From the human T2T-CHM13v2.0 reference genome, Homo sapiens: a stretch of 64,000 nt of DNA. Each line of letters begins with the position of its first letter. Positions within the stretch are counted from its first letter, which is position 1. The notes below the pieces were generated by a model, which saw only the letters and a program-made list of their open reading frames with translations, was not told the DNA's origin and ran no database searches. This document shows, in pieces, positions 30,248-50,209 of the stretch. A program made the translations under genes and the position numbers. The stretch is taken from assembly GCF_009914755.1 (NCBI RefSeq), contig NC_060932.1; one strand, written 5' to 3'.

Positions 30248-30790
30248 CTGTATATTTTTTCTCATTCGAGAGTAAGTTGCAGATATGATGCCCCATTTCC
30301 CCTTAATACTTCAGTGTATATTTCATAAAAGACAAGATTACTTTTCTTCATGACCAAAGTGAAACCATCAAAATCAGAAAATTCACATTGATACAATACT
30401 ACCCTCTAATCCCCAGATTTTGTTCAAATTTCACCAATTATCCAATAACATTCTTTAGTAGGTCCAACATTCAAGTCAGGATTATCATTTACTTGTCGTG
30501 TATTTTTTCCTTCTATCTGGAAGCGTTCATCTTTCCTTGGCTCATATAACCTTAACACTTAATGAAAACTACAGGCCAGTTATTTTGTAGACTGCCTCTC
30601 AGTTTGGAATCATCCGATGTTGCTTCATGATTTATACATTTTTGTCATGACTATATCTGAAGCAATGCTGGATCTTCTGGGAGAATCCTATCATGAAGTG
30701 CAGGATGTCAATTTATCCCATTACTTGTCATCTTAACTCTGGTCACTTGATAAAGGAGGTAGCTGTCAGATCGATTCACTGTAATGTCAA
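30065..30790 (-). mobile_element. Old L1M (L1MC/ME) 3' fragment containing (CA)n at 30206-30246
   Basis: L1M 3' UTR-like motifs. Confidence 0.6.
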
Positions 30791-32149
30791 TTAAGAAAAA
30801 TTTTATACTTATTGAGGAGGAGTGATGTCAGCAAGATGGTGGACTAGGAGGCACCAGTGCTTATCTCCCCAACAAAAACAATGAACAAACAGCTACTTGC
30901 CAATGAAAATAGTTATGGGAGAGCTCTGGAGTACAATAAAGGAACTATAGTAACCCAGTGGAGCATGAAAACTGAGGATGACCACATAGAAAAGTGTAGG
31001 AAGCATTTTAACCTATGCTACCCCTCCCTCAGTCTGGTATAGGTAGGTACCAAGAGCGATCCCTTGGCATGACCTCTCCCTGTGGGGGAAAAAGGGAGCG
31101 GGAGGACCTCAGTGGTCCTCATCACTGCCAAGGAACACTAACAGCTTTCTCCCCATGGTCTTCAGTGATGTTGAGCCCGTGTAATGAAGCTTCCTGGAGT
31201 CTACAAAGATGTTCCTGCCTTGAGGAAGGAGCTGCTATTATGTTTCCACAGGAGTAAGAACCACCACTGTGTCCTGCCCTCCTTCAGGGCCAAAGCCACT
31301 ACCTCCTTCCCACAATCACGTGCATGCTCCAGAGCCTAGCTCTGTGGCTACTGTGCATGTTCCATGCCTCAGACACCAGCACAGTCACTGCAGTGAGTGT
31401 ATTTACATGCCAGACCTGTTGCAAAGAGGGATTTTCTTGGGCATGACATTCCCCCAGTGAGATAAAAGAAGACCACTGGGCCCCAGTAGCCTTTAACACC
31501 AAGGACCCCAACAACCCTCATCACATCAACAGCCCTCTGCAACCTTGGCCACTAAGGACCACTATAGAATCCAACAATGTTTTTCAGCACTTGCTCCCCT
31601 CCATCCCTCCCCCTTCTAGTAGTTCCCAGTGTCTGTTGTTCCCATCTTTATGTCCACTTGTACTCAATGTTTAGCTCCCACTAATAAGTGAGAACACACA
31701 GAATTTTGTTTTCTGTTTCTGCATTAAATTGCTTAGCTACCTCTACTTTTAACATATTTTAGGCATTAGGACTTGCTTAGCCTTTAATACACAGGAATAT
31801 TAACTAAAATGCACATATAAAACAATTGGTTAGACAATCTGAACTAATTTAACTTATGGGTACAGAACCCTTCTCTCTGCATGGTTCCCTCTCCCCCTGC
31901 CCAGCACCACCCAGTGAATAGTCAGCATCAAAACATCCAGTTTCACAATTCCTTTCCCAAATTCAACCACTCCTGTGAGATAACAAAAAAATATTTAAAC
32001 GGTGTTACTGTAGCCCTCTACTTTTAGCATACGTTGTGCACTTTTAAACATCTAGAAAGACTAGATTTTTCAAATAGTGCCTAAGTTTTCCACTACATAC
32101 ACAGTAACGTTGAATAAATGGTACACATGTAATAAAGGCTCTAATTTGA

Positions 32150-32326
<177 letters not shown>

Positions 32327-33126
32327 TGACCTCAGCAGACAGAGCTCCATGGAAACTACACCACCATGCCCTTCCTGAAGGCAGAACTATTGCTACCTTC
32401 CCCGCCCTGCCAGAGTAGGATCGCTACACTCCACCCAGCCAACACCCTCACACCCACCTGCAGGTGTAGGTCTTTCCCCACTGAAGCCAGTCTTAAGTCT
32501 GGAAGAAGTGACTGTTTCCACAAGTGCATAGACACCAACACCAACATATGGCTATAAGAAACAAACAAACAAAAAATCAAGGAAACATAAAACCACCAAA
32601 AGGACACAATAATTTTTCAATAACTGACCCTAAAGCAATGAAAATCTACAAATTGCCTGACAGGGAAATCAAAATAATTGTTTTAAGGAAGCTTAGTGAG
32701 CTACAAGAGAACACAAGTAGACAACCCAATTAAATCAGGAAAACAATGCACAAACGTAATGGGAAGTTCAACAAAGAGATAAAATAATCTTAAAACCTCA
32801 GAAATTCTGGGGCTGAAGAGTGCAATGAATGAAATGAGAAATTCAGTAAACAGCTTCAACAGTAGACTTGATCAAGCATAAGAAAAAAAAATCGGTAAAC
32901 TTGAAGACAGGCCATTTAATACTATTTAGTCAGAGGATAAAAAAATGAAAAAGGTGAAAAAAGACTACAGGATTTATAGGACACCATTAAGTGAACCAAT
33001 GCACATATTATAAGAGTTCTAGAAGGAGAAGAGAGAAAGGGGTAGAAAGCTCATTTAAATAAATAATGGCTGAAAACTTTCCACAGATTGTTGGAGGGAA
33101 ATGGACATCCAGATTTCTGAATCTCA

Positions 33127-33698
<572 letters not shown>

Positions 33699-34580
33699 AC
33701 ACCAAGACACATTTTATTCAAGTTGTCGAAAGTTAAGGACAAATAAAGAATTTTCAAAGCAGCAAGAGAAAAGTGATTTGTCATTTTTAAGAGAATTTCT
33801 GTAAGAATATTAGTGGATTTCTTGGCAGAAACTTCGCAGACTAGGAGACAGTTGGATGATATGTTCTAAATATTGAACAAAACACAACTTTTAATCAGGA
33901 GTACTATGCCAGGCAAAATTATCCTTTAAAATTGATGGAGAGATAGTTTTTCTCAAACAAACAAAAATGAGGAGTTCATTACCACTAGACCTAACTTACT
34001 TATCATTTACTTGTCATGTCTTTTTGTTTCTTCTATCTGAAACAAACAATGCTTCAGAGACTTCTTCAAATTGAAATAAAATTATCCTAAACAGCAACAC
34101 ACACACATAAGCATATGAAAGCATAAATCACACAGGGAAAGGTAAATATATAGATGCAGACAGATTCATGTAACACTGTAAAGATGGTATGTAAATTACT
34201 TTTAACCCCAATGTAAAAGTTAATAGAGAAAATGTCGCTAATGGATATATGATATAAAAAGAAGCATCCTTTGTCTACAAGAATACAAAGTGCTTGTGTG
34301 GGGGAGTAAAATGGTAGTGTTTTTTTATACATTTGAACTTAAAATAGAAGGTTAAAAACTGTAAGATATTTTACACAAGCCTTTATCTAATAGCAAAGAA
34401 AAAAACCTGTAACAGATACACAAGAGATGAAAAATCAAAGCATATTACTACAAAAATCATCAAACAACAAAGACAGCAAGAAAACAAGAGTTAAAACAAT
34501 GCAAGACAAATAGAAAATAATTAACAAAATGGCAATGGTAAATCCTCATTAATAATTACTTAAATGTAAATGGATTAATC

Positions 34581-34920
34581 TCACCAATCAAAAGGTGTAG
34601 AGGCTGGGTGTGGTGGCTAATGCCTGTAATCCCAACAATCTGGGAGGCCCAGGTGGGAAGATTGCTTGAGCCCAGGAGTTTGAGACCAGTCTGGGCTCAA
34701 ACTATGTCTTTAACATAGGGAAACCCCATATCTACAAAAAAATTTTAAAAATTAGCCAGGTGTGGTTGTGCATGTCTGCAGTCCTAGCTACTAGGAAGGC
34801 TGAGGTGGGAGAATCGCTTGAGGCTGGGAGGTTGAGGCTGCAGTGAGCCAAGCTAGCAACTGAACTCTAGTCTGGGTGACAGTCTGAGTGACCTTGTTTC
34901 AAAAACAAAACAACAAAAAA
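34581..34920 (+). mobile_element. AluJ-like
   Basis: Alu dimer; flanking caaaaggt(g/a)tagag repeat. Confidence 0.88.
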
Positions 34921-34997
34921 CCCACAAAAGGTATAGAGTGACTGAATGTATAAAAAACAAGATCAAGTCATATGCTGTCTATAATAGATACACTTTA

Positions 34998-37384
<2,387 letters not shown>

Positions 37385-38082
37385 AATAGATACACTTTAG
37401 AATTAAAGACACATGTAGGTTGACAGTAAAGGGATAGAAAAGGATATTTTATGCAAATAGTAACCAAAAGAAACCAGAGGGGGCTATACTTATATCAGAC
37501 AAAATAGACTTTAGGTCTAAAACTGTCTGTAGACACAAGGAAGATCATTTTATAGTGATAAAAAGGTCAGTTCTACAGGAAAATATAACAATATAACAAT
37601 CATATACACACTCAACATCAGAGCACCTGAATATATAAAGCAAATATTGACAGATCTGAGGACAGGAATTGACAGCAATACATTAATAGTAGGGGACTTT
37701 GATACCTCACTTAACAATAAGTGATAGAACATCCAGACAGAAAATCAATAAAGAAACACTGACTTGAACAACACTATGGAAAAGATGGACCTAACCACCA
37801 TATGCAGAACTTCTTATCCAACAGCAGAAGTATGCACATTTTTCTCAGGCACACACAAAACATTCTCTGGGATAGATCACATATTAGGCCACAAAATGAG
37901 TCTTAACAAATTTAAGACGTTCAAAATAATTCTAAGTACCTTTTTCAACCACAATGAAATGTAACTACTAACCTATAACAGCAAGAAAACGGGAAAATTC
38001 ACAAATATGTGGAAACAAAACACACTCCAGAACAACCATTGGCTCAAAGAAGGTATCAAAAGGGAATTTAAAAAGTGTCTTA

Positions 38083-39060
<978 letters not shown>

Positions 39061-39266
39061 AACAAATATCAAAAATATTAGCATTTTGGTGTATATCTTT
39101 CTAGAGTCTTTTAAAAATAAATTAGACACCTTTATATTTATTGTGTGTATATACACATAATTGTATGTAACATAAATGTTACATAATTGGGATTCAGTGA
39201 GAAAGCTTCTAGTTTCTTATCTGAGATGCTAGACTTTTATTCTCACAACAAGAAAAATCCTGCAGA

Positions 39267-39580
39267 GGCTGGGCGTGGTGGCTCACGCCTGTAATCCCAG
39301 CACTTTGGGAGGCCGAGACAGGTGGATCACGAGGTCAGTAAATCGAGACCATCCTGGCTCACACGGTGAAACCTCGTCTCTACTAAAAATTCAAAAAAAA
39401 TTAGCCGGGCGTGGTGGCGGGCACCTGTAGTCCCAGCTACTCAGGAGGCTGAGGCAGGCGAATGGCGTGAACCCGAGAGGCGGAGCTTGCAGTGAGCCGA
39501 GATCGCGCCACTGCACTCCCAGCCTGGGCGACTGAGGGAGACTCAGTCTCAAAAAAAAAAAAAAAAAAAAAAGAAAAGAA
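39267..39580 (+). mobile_element. AluY-like
   Basis: Diagnostic gatcacgaggtc, accatcctggct, atggcgtgaacc, gcggagcttgcagtgagccgagatcgcgcc. Confidence 0.9.
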
Positions 39581-39622
39581 AAATCCTGCAGAAACTGAAA
39601 ATCAACAACTCTTTATCAGTCA

Positions 39623-40193
<571 letters not shown>

Positions 40194-40289
40194 TTAACGT
40201 GTTAAGGCCTCTAATGGACAAAAGTGAAAAACATGCAAGAACAGATGCATAATATAAGCAGAGAGATGGGGACTTTAATAAAGAATCAG

Positions 40290-41075
40290 TACTAGCCAGG
40301 AGACCAGAGATGTAGCACCTGGAGCAGCATGGCCCAGCCTTGTGGAGTGCATCTGAGCGGGAAGGCCTGCAAGCAGGCGGAGGTCTTCAGGCAAAATCTT
40401 TTCCAGGAGGCTGAGGAATTCCCCTACAGATTCTTGCCACAGAAAGTCATATATCTGAATCAGCTCTTGCAAAAGGAGTCCTTCAATGTGGCTGATCTGA
40501 CCTCCCTCTGAGTGCCACTGAAATCCCCATCCCAGACCCTCTATCCAAGGATGATGAGTTGGAAACAGATAAGCAGGAGGAGAAAGAAGTCTCCCTGGCA
40601 TGAGAAGGTCCTGTTCCTGTTCCCCTGGATAAGACAGAAGTCTGGACTCTCAAAGAGAAATGCATTCTGGTGATCACATGGATCCAGCATCTGATCCCCA
40701 AGATTGAGGATGGACATTATTTTGGGATATCACTCCGGGAGAAGGTGCTGGAGAGGATAAAGGCAGTCAAGACCAAAGTGGTTCCAGACAACCACGTCCA
40801 AGTACTTCTCAGAACATGGAGATGCTGTGGCCAAGGCCTCCAAGGAAATCCATGTAATGAATTATTACCAGGCCTTGGTGCACAGGCAAGATGAGGCACC
40901 TATGGGGAGATCGGGGACACCGTGCTTGAACTGAGGGCTTTCTATGCTGAGCTTTATCATAATTTCAGAAGCAACCTGGAGAAAATTGTTAACCCAAAGG
41001 GTGAAGAGAAGCCGTCTATATAGTGAGCCCAGGGCTAGAAGAGAAATAAATGACTTATACTTTGTGTGGATTAAA
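40290..41075 (+). pseudogene. Processed pseudogene of PSME2 (PA28 beta); decayed CDS 40329-41026
   Basis: [31 protein letters not shown]..., [29 protein letters not shown]; intronless; stop at codon 61, frameshifts; AATAAA at 41045. Confidence 0.93.
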
Positions 41076-41087
41076 AGACAATAATCA

Positions 41088-41180
41088 AGGCCTTTTCCTC
41101 TCAGAAGTCCCCTCTCTCACAGTAGAGAGAGAGCTGTTTTCCTATTTTTTTACCTATTAAACCTCCACTCCTAAACTCCT
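41088..41180 (+). mobile_element. MER4-group LTR 3' fragment followed by a (TAA)n tail
   Basis: gaagtcccctctctcacagtagagagagagctgttttcc...cctattaaacctccactcctaaactcct. Confidence 0.6.
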
Positions 41181-41221
41181 AACAGTAATAATAATAGTAA
41201 TAATAATAATAATAATATTCA

Positions 41222-41820
<599 letters not shown>

Positions 41821-43228
41821 TTAATAATAATAATAATAATAATCATCATCATCATCAAAAGGATATGCTAGAAATAAAGAAAACACTATACTAGAAATGA
41901 AGAATGCCTTTTATTTTGATTGATCAAGAGGCAGGACCCAGCCAAAGAAAGAATCAGCGAGCTTGAAGAAATGTCAGTAGAAACTTCCAAAATGGAAATG
42001 AAGAGAGAAAACAATGAAAATGACGGAACAGAATATCCAAGAAATACGAGAAAATTACCAAAGATTTAATATATGTATAAAGGTGATATCAGAGGGAGCA
42101 GAAAGACAGAAAGGGACAGGGGACATACTGGAAGCCATAATGACTGCGAATTTCTCAAAATTAATGATAGCATACCACAGGTACAGGAAGCTCAGAGAAC
42201 ACCAAGCAGGATCAGTACTACAAAAATCTATCCCTGGGCATATCACATTCAAGCTGCAGAAAATCAAAGACAGAAAGAAAACCTTGAAAGAAGTCAGAAG
42301 TAAAAAGCACTTTATATATAGAGGAGCAAGGATAGTGTTATACCGGATTTCTCTTGAGACCCATACAAGCAAGAAGAGAGTGAAGTGAAAGATTTCGTGC
42401 TGAAAGAACAAAAACACCAATGTAGAATTTTGTATCCAGCAAGATTGTCCTTTAAAACTGAATGATAAATAAAGACTTTCTCAGACAAATAAATGTTGAG
42501 AGAATTTGTCACTGGTGACATTGCAAGAAATGTTAAAAAAAAAATCTTCAGAGAGAAGGAAAATGACATAAAAAGAGAGTTGGATCTACTTAAAGAAAGG
42601 AAGAGTGTTAGAGAGAAATAAATCAAGGTAAAATAAAGTAAATAAAGTATTTTTAAGATTCTTAATTGACCCAACAGATACCTGTTTGTCCAAAATAACA
42701 ATAGAAACAACAATAATGTATTAGGTAGTTATAGCTTATGGGTAAATTAAATAAGGAAAAGTAACATTACAAGGGATGGGAGCATTGGGAATACTCTGCT
42801 GTAAGGTATGTGCATCACCTGCGATGAAGTGGTATAGTGTAATTTGAACATGGACTTGTTGTAAATGTATACTGCAAACTCAAGGGCAATGACCAGAAAA
42901 AGCTAAAAAGGGACATAATTGATTTTTTGAGAGGTGAGAAAATGGAGTTACATAAAGTAATCAATTAAAATGACAGAAGGCAGAAAAAGAATGAAAGACA
43001 AGAAAGAAACGAAGAACAAGGACAAAAATATAAAATAGTAACAAGCATAGAAGATATTAATCCAACTATCAATAATCACTTAAATCTTAATGGTAAATAC
43101 ACCAGTTTAGAGATAGAGATTGTCAGAGTGAATTAAAGCAAAATAGATGTAACTATATGCTGTGTACAAGAAACCCACCCTAAATATAAAAATACAGATA
43201 GATTAAAAGGATGGAGAAAGATATGTTA

Positions 43229-43873
43229 TGTCTTTTAGTCAGGGTTCTCCAGAAATGCAGACTGATGGGAGATAGATAGACTGATAGATGACAAGTGGCT
43301 TATTAGAGGAATTAGCTCACTCTGTTATGAAGGCTGAGAATTCCCATGATAGACTGTCTGCAAGCTGGAGAACCAGGGAAGCTGGTAGCTGGCTCAGTGC
43401 AAGTCTGAAGGCCTCAGATGCAAGGATGCCTATGGTATAACTCTCAGGCTGAACCAAAGGCCTGAGAGCTGGTGGGGAGAGGGGGTCTGGTGTAAGTCCC
43501 AGAGCGCAAGAGCTGGAGAACTCAGAGTTCTGACACCCAAGGGCAGGAGAAAATGGATATCTTGCCTCTGGAAGTGAGAGAGTTTACCCTTCCTCTGCCT
43601 TCCATCCAGGCCCCCAGTCAGTTGGATGGTGCCCACTCACATTACATCTGGATCTTCCCCACTTTGTCCACTGACTCACACACTAATCTCCCCCAGATAC
43701 ACCTTCATAGACATACCTGGGACAACCCAATTATTCTAATCAAAAGCCAAACCCTTTGAGCAGAAGAGGGATGGTCTCAGTGCCTACTGACGCGCTGAGA
43801 ATAATTGATCCTTTACCAGCTATCTGAGTATCTTTTAATCCAGTCAAGTTGACAGCCCCAATCTACTATCACA
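43229..43873. mobile_element. MLT2-like ERVL LTR
   Basis: ttagtcagggttctccaga, ctgcaagctggagaaccagggaagctgg, aatccagtcaagttgaca. Confidence 0.8.
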
Positions 43874-44444
43874 CCATGCTAACAGAAATCAAAGGAAAGT
43901 TAGAATAGGTATATTAATTTATGACAAAGTAGACTTCAGAGCTAGGAAAATTATCAGGGATAAAGAGGGGCACAACGTAATGATAAAGAAGTCAATTCTC
44001 CAAGAAGATATAACAATCTTTACTGTATATGTGCCTAACAACAGAGCATCAAAATACATGAGGCAAAAACTGATAGAATTTCAAGGAGATATAAACAAAT
44101 CTGCTAGTATAGTTATAGACTTCAACACCCCTCTGTCAGTAACTGACAGATCCAGCAGACAGAAAATCAGTAAGGACATAACAGAACTAACACCATCAAC
44201 TAAATGGATCTAATTGAAATTTATATTATACATCACCCAGCAACAGTAGAATTCACATTCTTCTCAAGCTTACATGGGACATGGAACATTCACCATTCCA
44301 GGCCATAAAACACACCCTTAACACATTTAAAAGAATAAAAATCATACAAAGTAAGCTCTCAGACCACAATGAACTTAAACTAGAAATCAGTAACAGGAAG
44401 ATAGCTGGAAAATCCCCAAATATTTTAAGAATATACTTTTATTG

Positions 44445-44739
44445 TATTTTATTTTTAGAAATGAGGTCTTGCTCTATCTCTCAGGCTGGAGTGTAGTGGC
44501 ATAATCGTAGCTTATGGCATCCTTGAACTCCTGGGCTCAAGCAATTTTCCTGCCTCAGTCTCCTGAGTAGCTGGGACCACAGAGGCATGCTACCATGCCT
44601 GGCTAATTTTTAAATTTTTTATAGAGACGCGGTCTGACTATGTTGCCAATGCTGGTCTTAAACACTTAGGCTCAAGCAATCCTCCTGTCTCAGCCTCCCA
44701 AAACATTGGGATTACAGGTGTGAGCCACAGCACACAGCC
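44445..44739 (-). mobile_element. AluJ-like
   Basis: Antisense Alu dimer. Confidence 0.88.
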
Positions 44740-45104
44740 TAAACAATATATGTTTGAATAGCACATGGGCCAAGGAAGACATCTCAAAAGAAATTTTAAA
44801 AATATTTTTTAACTATGGGAAGATGAAAATACAACTTATCAAAATTTGTGGACCGCAGCAAAAACAGTGCTTAATGAGAGATTTATACCATTAAACGCAT
44901 ATATTAGAAAAGAAGAAATATCTAATATCAATAATCTAAACTTCCACTTTAGGAGACTAGACAAAGAAGAGCAAATTAAATTCAAAGTAAACAGAAGAAA
45001 AGAAATAATAATAATTAGAGCAGAAATCAATGGCATTGAAAACAGGAAATCAAAAGAGAAAATAAAACCAAAAGCTGATTCTTTGAAAAGATCAGTACAA
45101 TTGA

Positions 45105-45521
45105 TGTCTCAGTCCATTTACTGTTGCTATAAATGAGTACCTGAGACTGGGTAATTTATAAAGAAAGGAAAGTTATTTCCTACAGGTCTGGAGGCTGGGA
45201 AGTCCAAAGTCCATGTGCTATTTCTGGTGCGGGCCTTCTGGCCGGTGGGTCTTCTCTGCAGAGTTCTGAGGAGGTGCAGGGCATCACATGTGAGAGTGCT
45301 TACAAGAGACTGCCAAACTGGCTTTCATAACAGACCCGCTCTTGTGATAAGTAGCCCACTCCCTCAATAACCCATTAATTGGTTAATCTGTGAATGAATT
45401 AATCCATTCATGAGTGCAGAGCCCTCATGACCCAGTCACCTTCCAAAGATTCTACCTCTCAACACTGCTGCACTGCGGATGAAGTTTCATGTGAGAAGGG
45501 ACAAACATTCAAACCATAGCA
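45105..45521 (-). mobile_element. MST-type MaLR LTR
   Basis: tgtctcagtccatttactgttgctataaatgagtacctgagactgg ... caaacattcaaaccatagca. Confidence 0.82.
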
Positions 45522-45849
45522 TTTGATATAACTCTAGCTAGGCTAAGAAAAGAAGAGAGAAGACACAAGTTACTAATATCAGAAATGAAAGACAGGCCAT
45601 CACTGCTGATCCCATGGACATGAAAAGGGTAATAAAGGAAGATTATGAACAACTCTATGTCCACAAATTTGATAATGTAAATGATATTGGCCAATTCTTT
45701 GAAATTCACAATCTACCTAAACTCACACAAGAAGAAATAGATAATCGGAATAGACCTATTGCTATTAAAGAAATACAATAGAAAATAACCTTCCAAAACC
45801 GAAAGCACCAGGCCCAGATTCATTCACTGGTGAATTCAACCAAATAATT

Positions 45850-47309
45850 TTTTAAACTTTTATTTTAGGTTCAGGGGTACATGTCCAGGTTTGTTATATA
45901 GGTAAACTTATGTCGTGGGGGGTTTGTTGTACAGATTATTTCATCACCCAGGTACTAAGCCTAGTACCCAATACTTATTTTTTTCTGATCCTCTCCCCTC
46001 CTCCCACCCTCCATCCTTAAGTAGGCCACAGTGTCTGTGGTTCCCCTCTTTGTGTCCATGTGTTTTCATCACTTAGCTCCCACTTATAAGTGGGAATATG
46101 CAATATTTGGTTTTCTGTTCCTCTGTTAGTTTGCTGAGGATGATGTCTTCCAGCTTCATCTATGTTCTTGCAAAGGACATGATCTCGTTCTTTTTTATGA
46201 CTGCATGGTATTCCATGGTATATATACACCACATTGTCTTTATCCAATGTACAGTGGTCATTTAGGTTGATTCCAGGTCTTTGCTATTTTGAATAGTGCT
46301 GCAACGAATATACACATGCATGCGTCTTTATGGTAGAACAATTTATATTCCTTTGGGTATATACCCAGTAGTGGGATTGCTGGGTCGAATGGTAGTTCTA
46401 TTTTTAGTTCTTTGAGGAATGACCACACTACTTTCCACAGTAATTAAACTAATTTATACTCCCACCAACAGTGCACAAGTGTTCCATTTTCTCTGCAACC
46501 TCATCAGTACCTGTTATTTTTGGGCTTTTTTTTTTTTTTTTTTGAGACGGAGTCTCACTCTGCCACCCATGCTGGAGTGCAGTGGCACGATCTCTGCAAC
46601 CTCTGCTTTCCGGGTTCAAGCAATTCTCTGCCTCAGCCTCTGAGTAGCTGGGGTTACACATGCCCCCCACCACACCCAGCTAATTTTTGTATTTTTAGTA
46701 GGGATGGGGTTTCACCATCTTGGCCAGGCTGGTCTTGAACTCCTGACCTCGTGATCCACCCGCCTTGGCCTCCCAAAGTGCTAGGATTACAGGCATGAGC
46801 TACCGTGCCTGGCCATTTTTTGGCTTTTTAATAATAGCCATTCTGACTGATGTGAGATGGTATCTCATTGTGGTTTTAATTTGCATTTCTCTAGTGATCA
46901 GAGATACTGAGCTTTTTTTCACATGCTTTTTGGCTGCCTGTATGTCTTCTTTTGAAAAGTGTCTGTTCATGTCCTTTGCCCAGTTTTTAATGGTTTTTTT
47001 TTTTGTAAATTTGTTTAAGTTCTTTATAGATGCTGTGTATTAGACTTTTGCCAGATGCATAGTTTGCAAATATTTTTTCCCATTCTGTAAGTTGTCTGTT
47101 TACTCTGTTGATAGTTTCTTTTGCTCTGCAGAAACTCTTAAGTTTAATTCCATCCCATATGTCAATTTTTGCTTTTGTTGTGTTTGCTTTTGGCATCTTC
47201 GTCATGAAATCTTTGCCCGTTCCTATGTCCAGAATGGTGTTGTATAGGTTGTATTCCAGGGTTTTATAGTTTTGGGTTTTACATTTAAGCCTTTTATCCA
47301 TCTTGATCT
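45850..47309 (-). mobile_element. 5'-truncated L1P (older L1PA) with a nested AluS (46526-46813)
   Basis: L1P 3' UTR; ORF2 C-terminus ([29 protein letters not shown]); TSD accaaataatt. Confidence 0.88.
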
Positions 47310-48244
47310 ACCAAATAATTAAGGAGTAAATCATACCAATTCTCTATAATCTTTTCCAGAAAACAGAAGCAGTGGGGATACCTCCTAATTCATTCTATGA
47401 GGCCAAAATTACCCTAATACCAAAATCAGACAAAGGCATTATAAGAAAAGAAATCCATAGACCAGTATCTCTAATGAATATAAATGTCAAAATCCTCAAA
47501 AATATTAACAAATAAAATGCAACAATGTATACAAAGAGTTTCTACATTAGAACCAGTGGGATTTACTCCAGGTTTACAAGAGTGGTTCAACATTCAAAAT
47601 CAATTAGTACAATCACATCAGCACGCTAAAGAAGAAAAAAAGATCACATGATTATACCAATAGATGCAGTAAAACTATCGACAAAATTCAACATCTATTA
47701 GTGATAGATACTCTCAGAAAGCTAAGTATATAGGGAAACTTTCTCAACTTGATAAAGAAGATCTGCAAAAATGGCTAACATCATATTTATGGTGAGAAAC
47801 CATAAACTTTCCTGCTAACAATAGGAAAAGGCCAATGATTTCCCTTCTCAGCACTTGTATTTAACATTGCACTGAAATCCTAGGTAATACAAGAAGCAAG
47901 AAAAGAAAAAAAAGGTATATAGATTAGGAAGGAAGAAATAAAACTTTGTTTGCATATGACATCACTGCCTATGAAATAAATCCCAAAGAATCAACTACAA
48001 TAAAAACTCCTGGAACTAGTAAATGATTATATCAAGATTGTAGGATATGAGGTTATTGTACAAAAGCCAATTGGTTTTCTATATACCAGCAATGAACAAT
48101 TAGAATTTACATTAAAAACATACTATTGTTTATGTTAACACCAAAAAAATTAGATATAAATCTAACAGAATATGTATAAGATCTGTATGAGGAAATCTAC
48201 AATTCCCTATGCACAAAATCAAAGAAGATCTAAATATATGGAAA

Positions 48245-48501
48245 GGCTTGGTGCAGTGGCTCATGCCTGTAATCCTAGAGGCCGAGGCAGGTGGATAGCT
48301 TGAGTCAAGGAGTTTGAGACCAGCCTGGGCAACATGGGGAAACCTCATCTCTACAAAAAAATACAAAAAATTAGCTTGGTTGGGGGGCGTGCACCTGTAG
48401 TCCCAGCTACAAGGGAGGATGAGTTGGAAAGATTGCTTGAGCCTGGGAGACAGAGGTTGCAGTGAGCCATGATTGTCAGCCTGGGTGACAGTGAAAAAAA
48501 A
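48245..48501 (+). mobile_element. AluJ-like
   Basis: Alu motifs with small deletions. Confidence 0.85.
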
Positions 48502-48502
48502 A

Positions 48503-49100
48503 TTATATATATACTTGTATATGTAGTACTTGTATAGGTAGTTATATATATTAGCATATATACACATATACTATATATACATATACATGTATTATATATT
48601 ATATATAGTATATATAGTATATATAAATATATAGTATATATTATATATATAAATATATATATAAGTATATATATAGTTTATAGTATATATAAATTATGTA
48701 TATACTATATATAGTATATACTATATAAATTATATATAGTATATATATACTATATATACTATATATATTATATATAGTATATATATAGTATATATATACT
48801 ATATATAGTATATACTATATATATTATATATACTATATATATAGTATATATATACTATATATATACTATATATAGTATATATAGTATTTATATAATATAT
48901 ATAGTATATATATAGTATATATATATACTATATATATAGTATATATATAGTATATATATATACTATATATATAGTACATATATAGTATATATATAGTGTA
49001 TATATAGTATATATATAGTATATATATATAGTATATATATACTATATATATAGTATATATATATAGTATATACACACATACATGCACACACATTTTTATA
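48503..49100. repeat. Long interrupted (TA)n array
   Basis: ~600 bp of tatatagta / tactatata units. Confidence 0.95.
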
Positions 49101-50209
49101 TGTAATTGTCTATGTAATAAATCCCGAAGAATCAACAACATTAAAATCTCCTGGAACTATTAAATGATTATATCAAGATTGTAGGATATAAGGTTATTAT
49201 ACAAAAGTCAGCTGCTTTTGTATATACCAGCAATGAACAATTAGAATTTATATTAAAAACATACTATTGTGTACAAAAAATACTTAGTTATAAATCTAAC
49301 AATATGTATATATGTACAGAAAGATTTTTTGTGTTCATAGATAGATGGATTGTCATGATCTTCCCGGTTTGATCCACACATTAGATACAATCAAAATGCC
49401 AGCAAGTTGTTAGTAGACATCAACAAACTGAATCTAAAGTTTATATGGAGAAGCAAAGGAGTTCAGAATGGGCAACATGAAATTGAAGGAGAAAAACAAA
49501 TTAGATACCATCTGACTTCAAAACTTACTATAAGGCTACAGTTGCCAAGACAGTGTGGTAGATAAACAGATCAAGGGAAGAGAGCAGAGAGCCCAGAAGG
49601 GGACCCACACAGATATAGTTGACATATCCTTGATAAAGGAACAAGGACAATTCAGTGTTGAAAATACAGCCTTTTCAACAAATGATGCTGGAACAACTGG
49701 CCAACCCCATGCAAAAACATAAATCTAGACACAGACCTCACATCTTTCAGGAAAATTAACTCAGAATACATCATAGACCTAAATGGAAAATGGAAATCTA
49801 TAAAACTCCTAGAATATAACATAGAAGATGACTTTTTAGATACAACACCAAAAGCATGGTCCATGAAAAAAATAATTGATAAGCTGGACTTCAAAAGTAA
49901 AAAACCTTTTACTTCAAAAGTAAAAAACTTCTGCTCTGTGAAAGACACAGTCAAGAGAATGAAAAGATAAGCCAGAGACTGGGAGGAAAAAAATTGCAAA
50001 AGACACACATATGGTAAAGAACTGTTATCCAAAATGTACAAAGAACTCTTAAAACCCAACAACAAGAAAACAAACACCCAATAAAAAAGTGGGCCAAAGA
50101 TCTTAAGAGACACCTCACCAAAGAAGATGTACTCACGGCAAATAAGCATGTGAAAAGGTTCTCTGTGTCATATGTCATCAGGGAATTGCAAAGTAAAACA
50201 ACAATTAGA

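Noticed and set aside
48866-49141. Tyr/Ile-rich ORF
   Set aside because: Artefact of the (TA)n array
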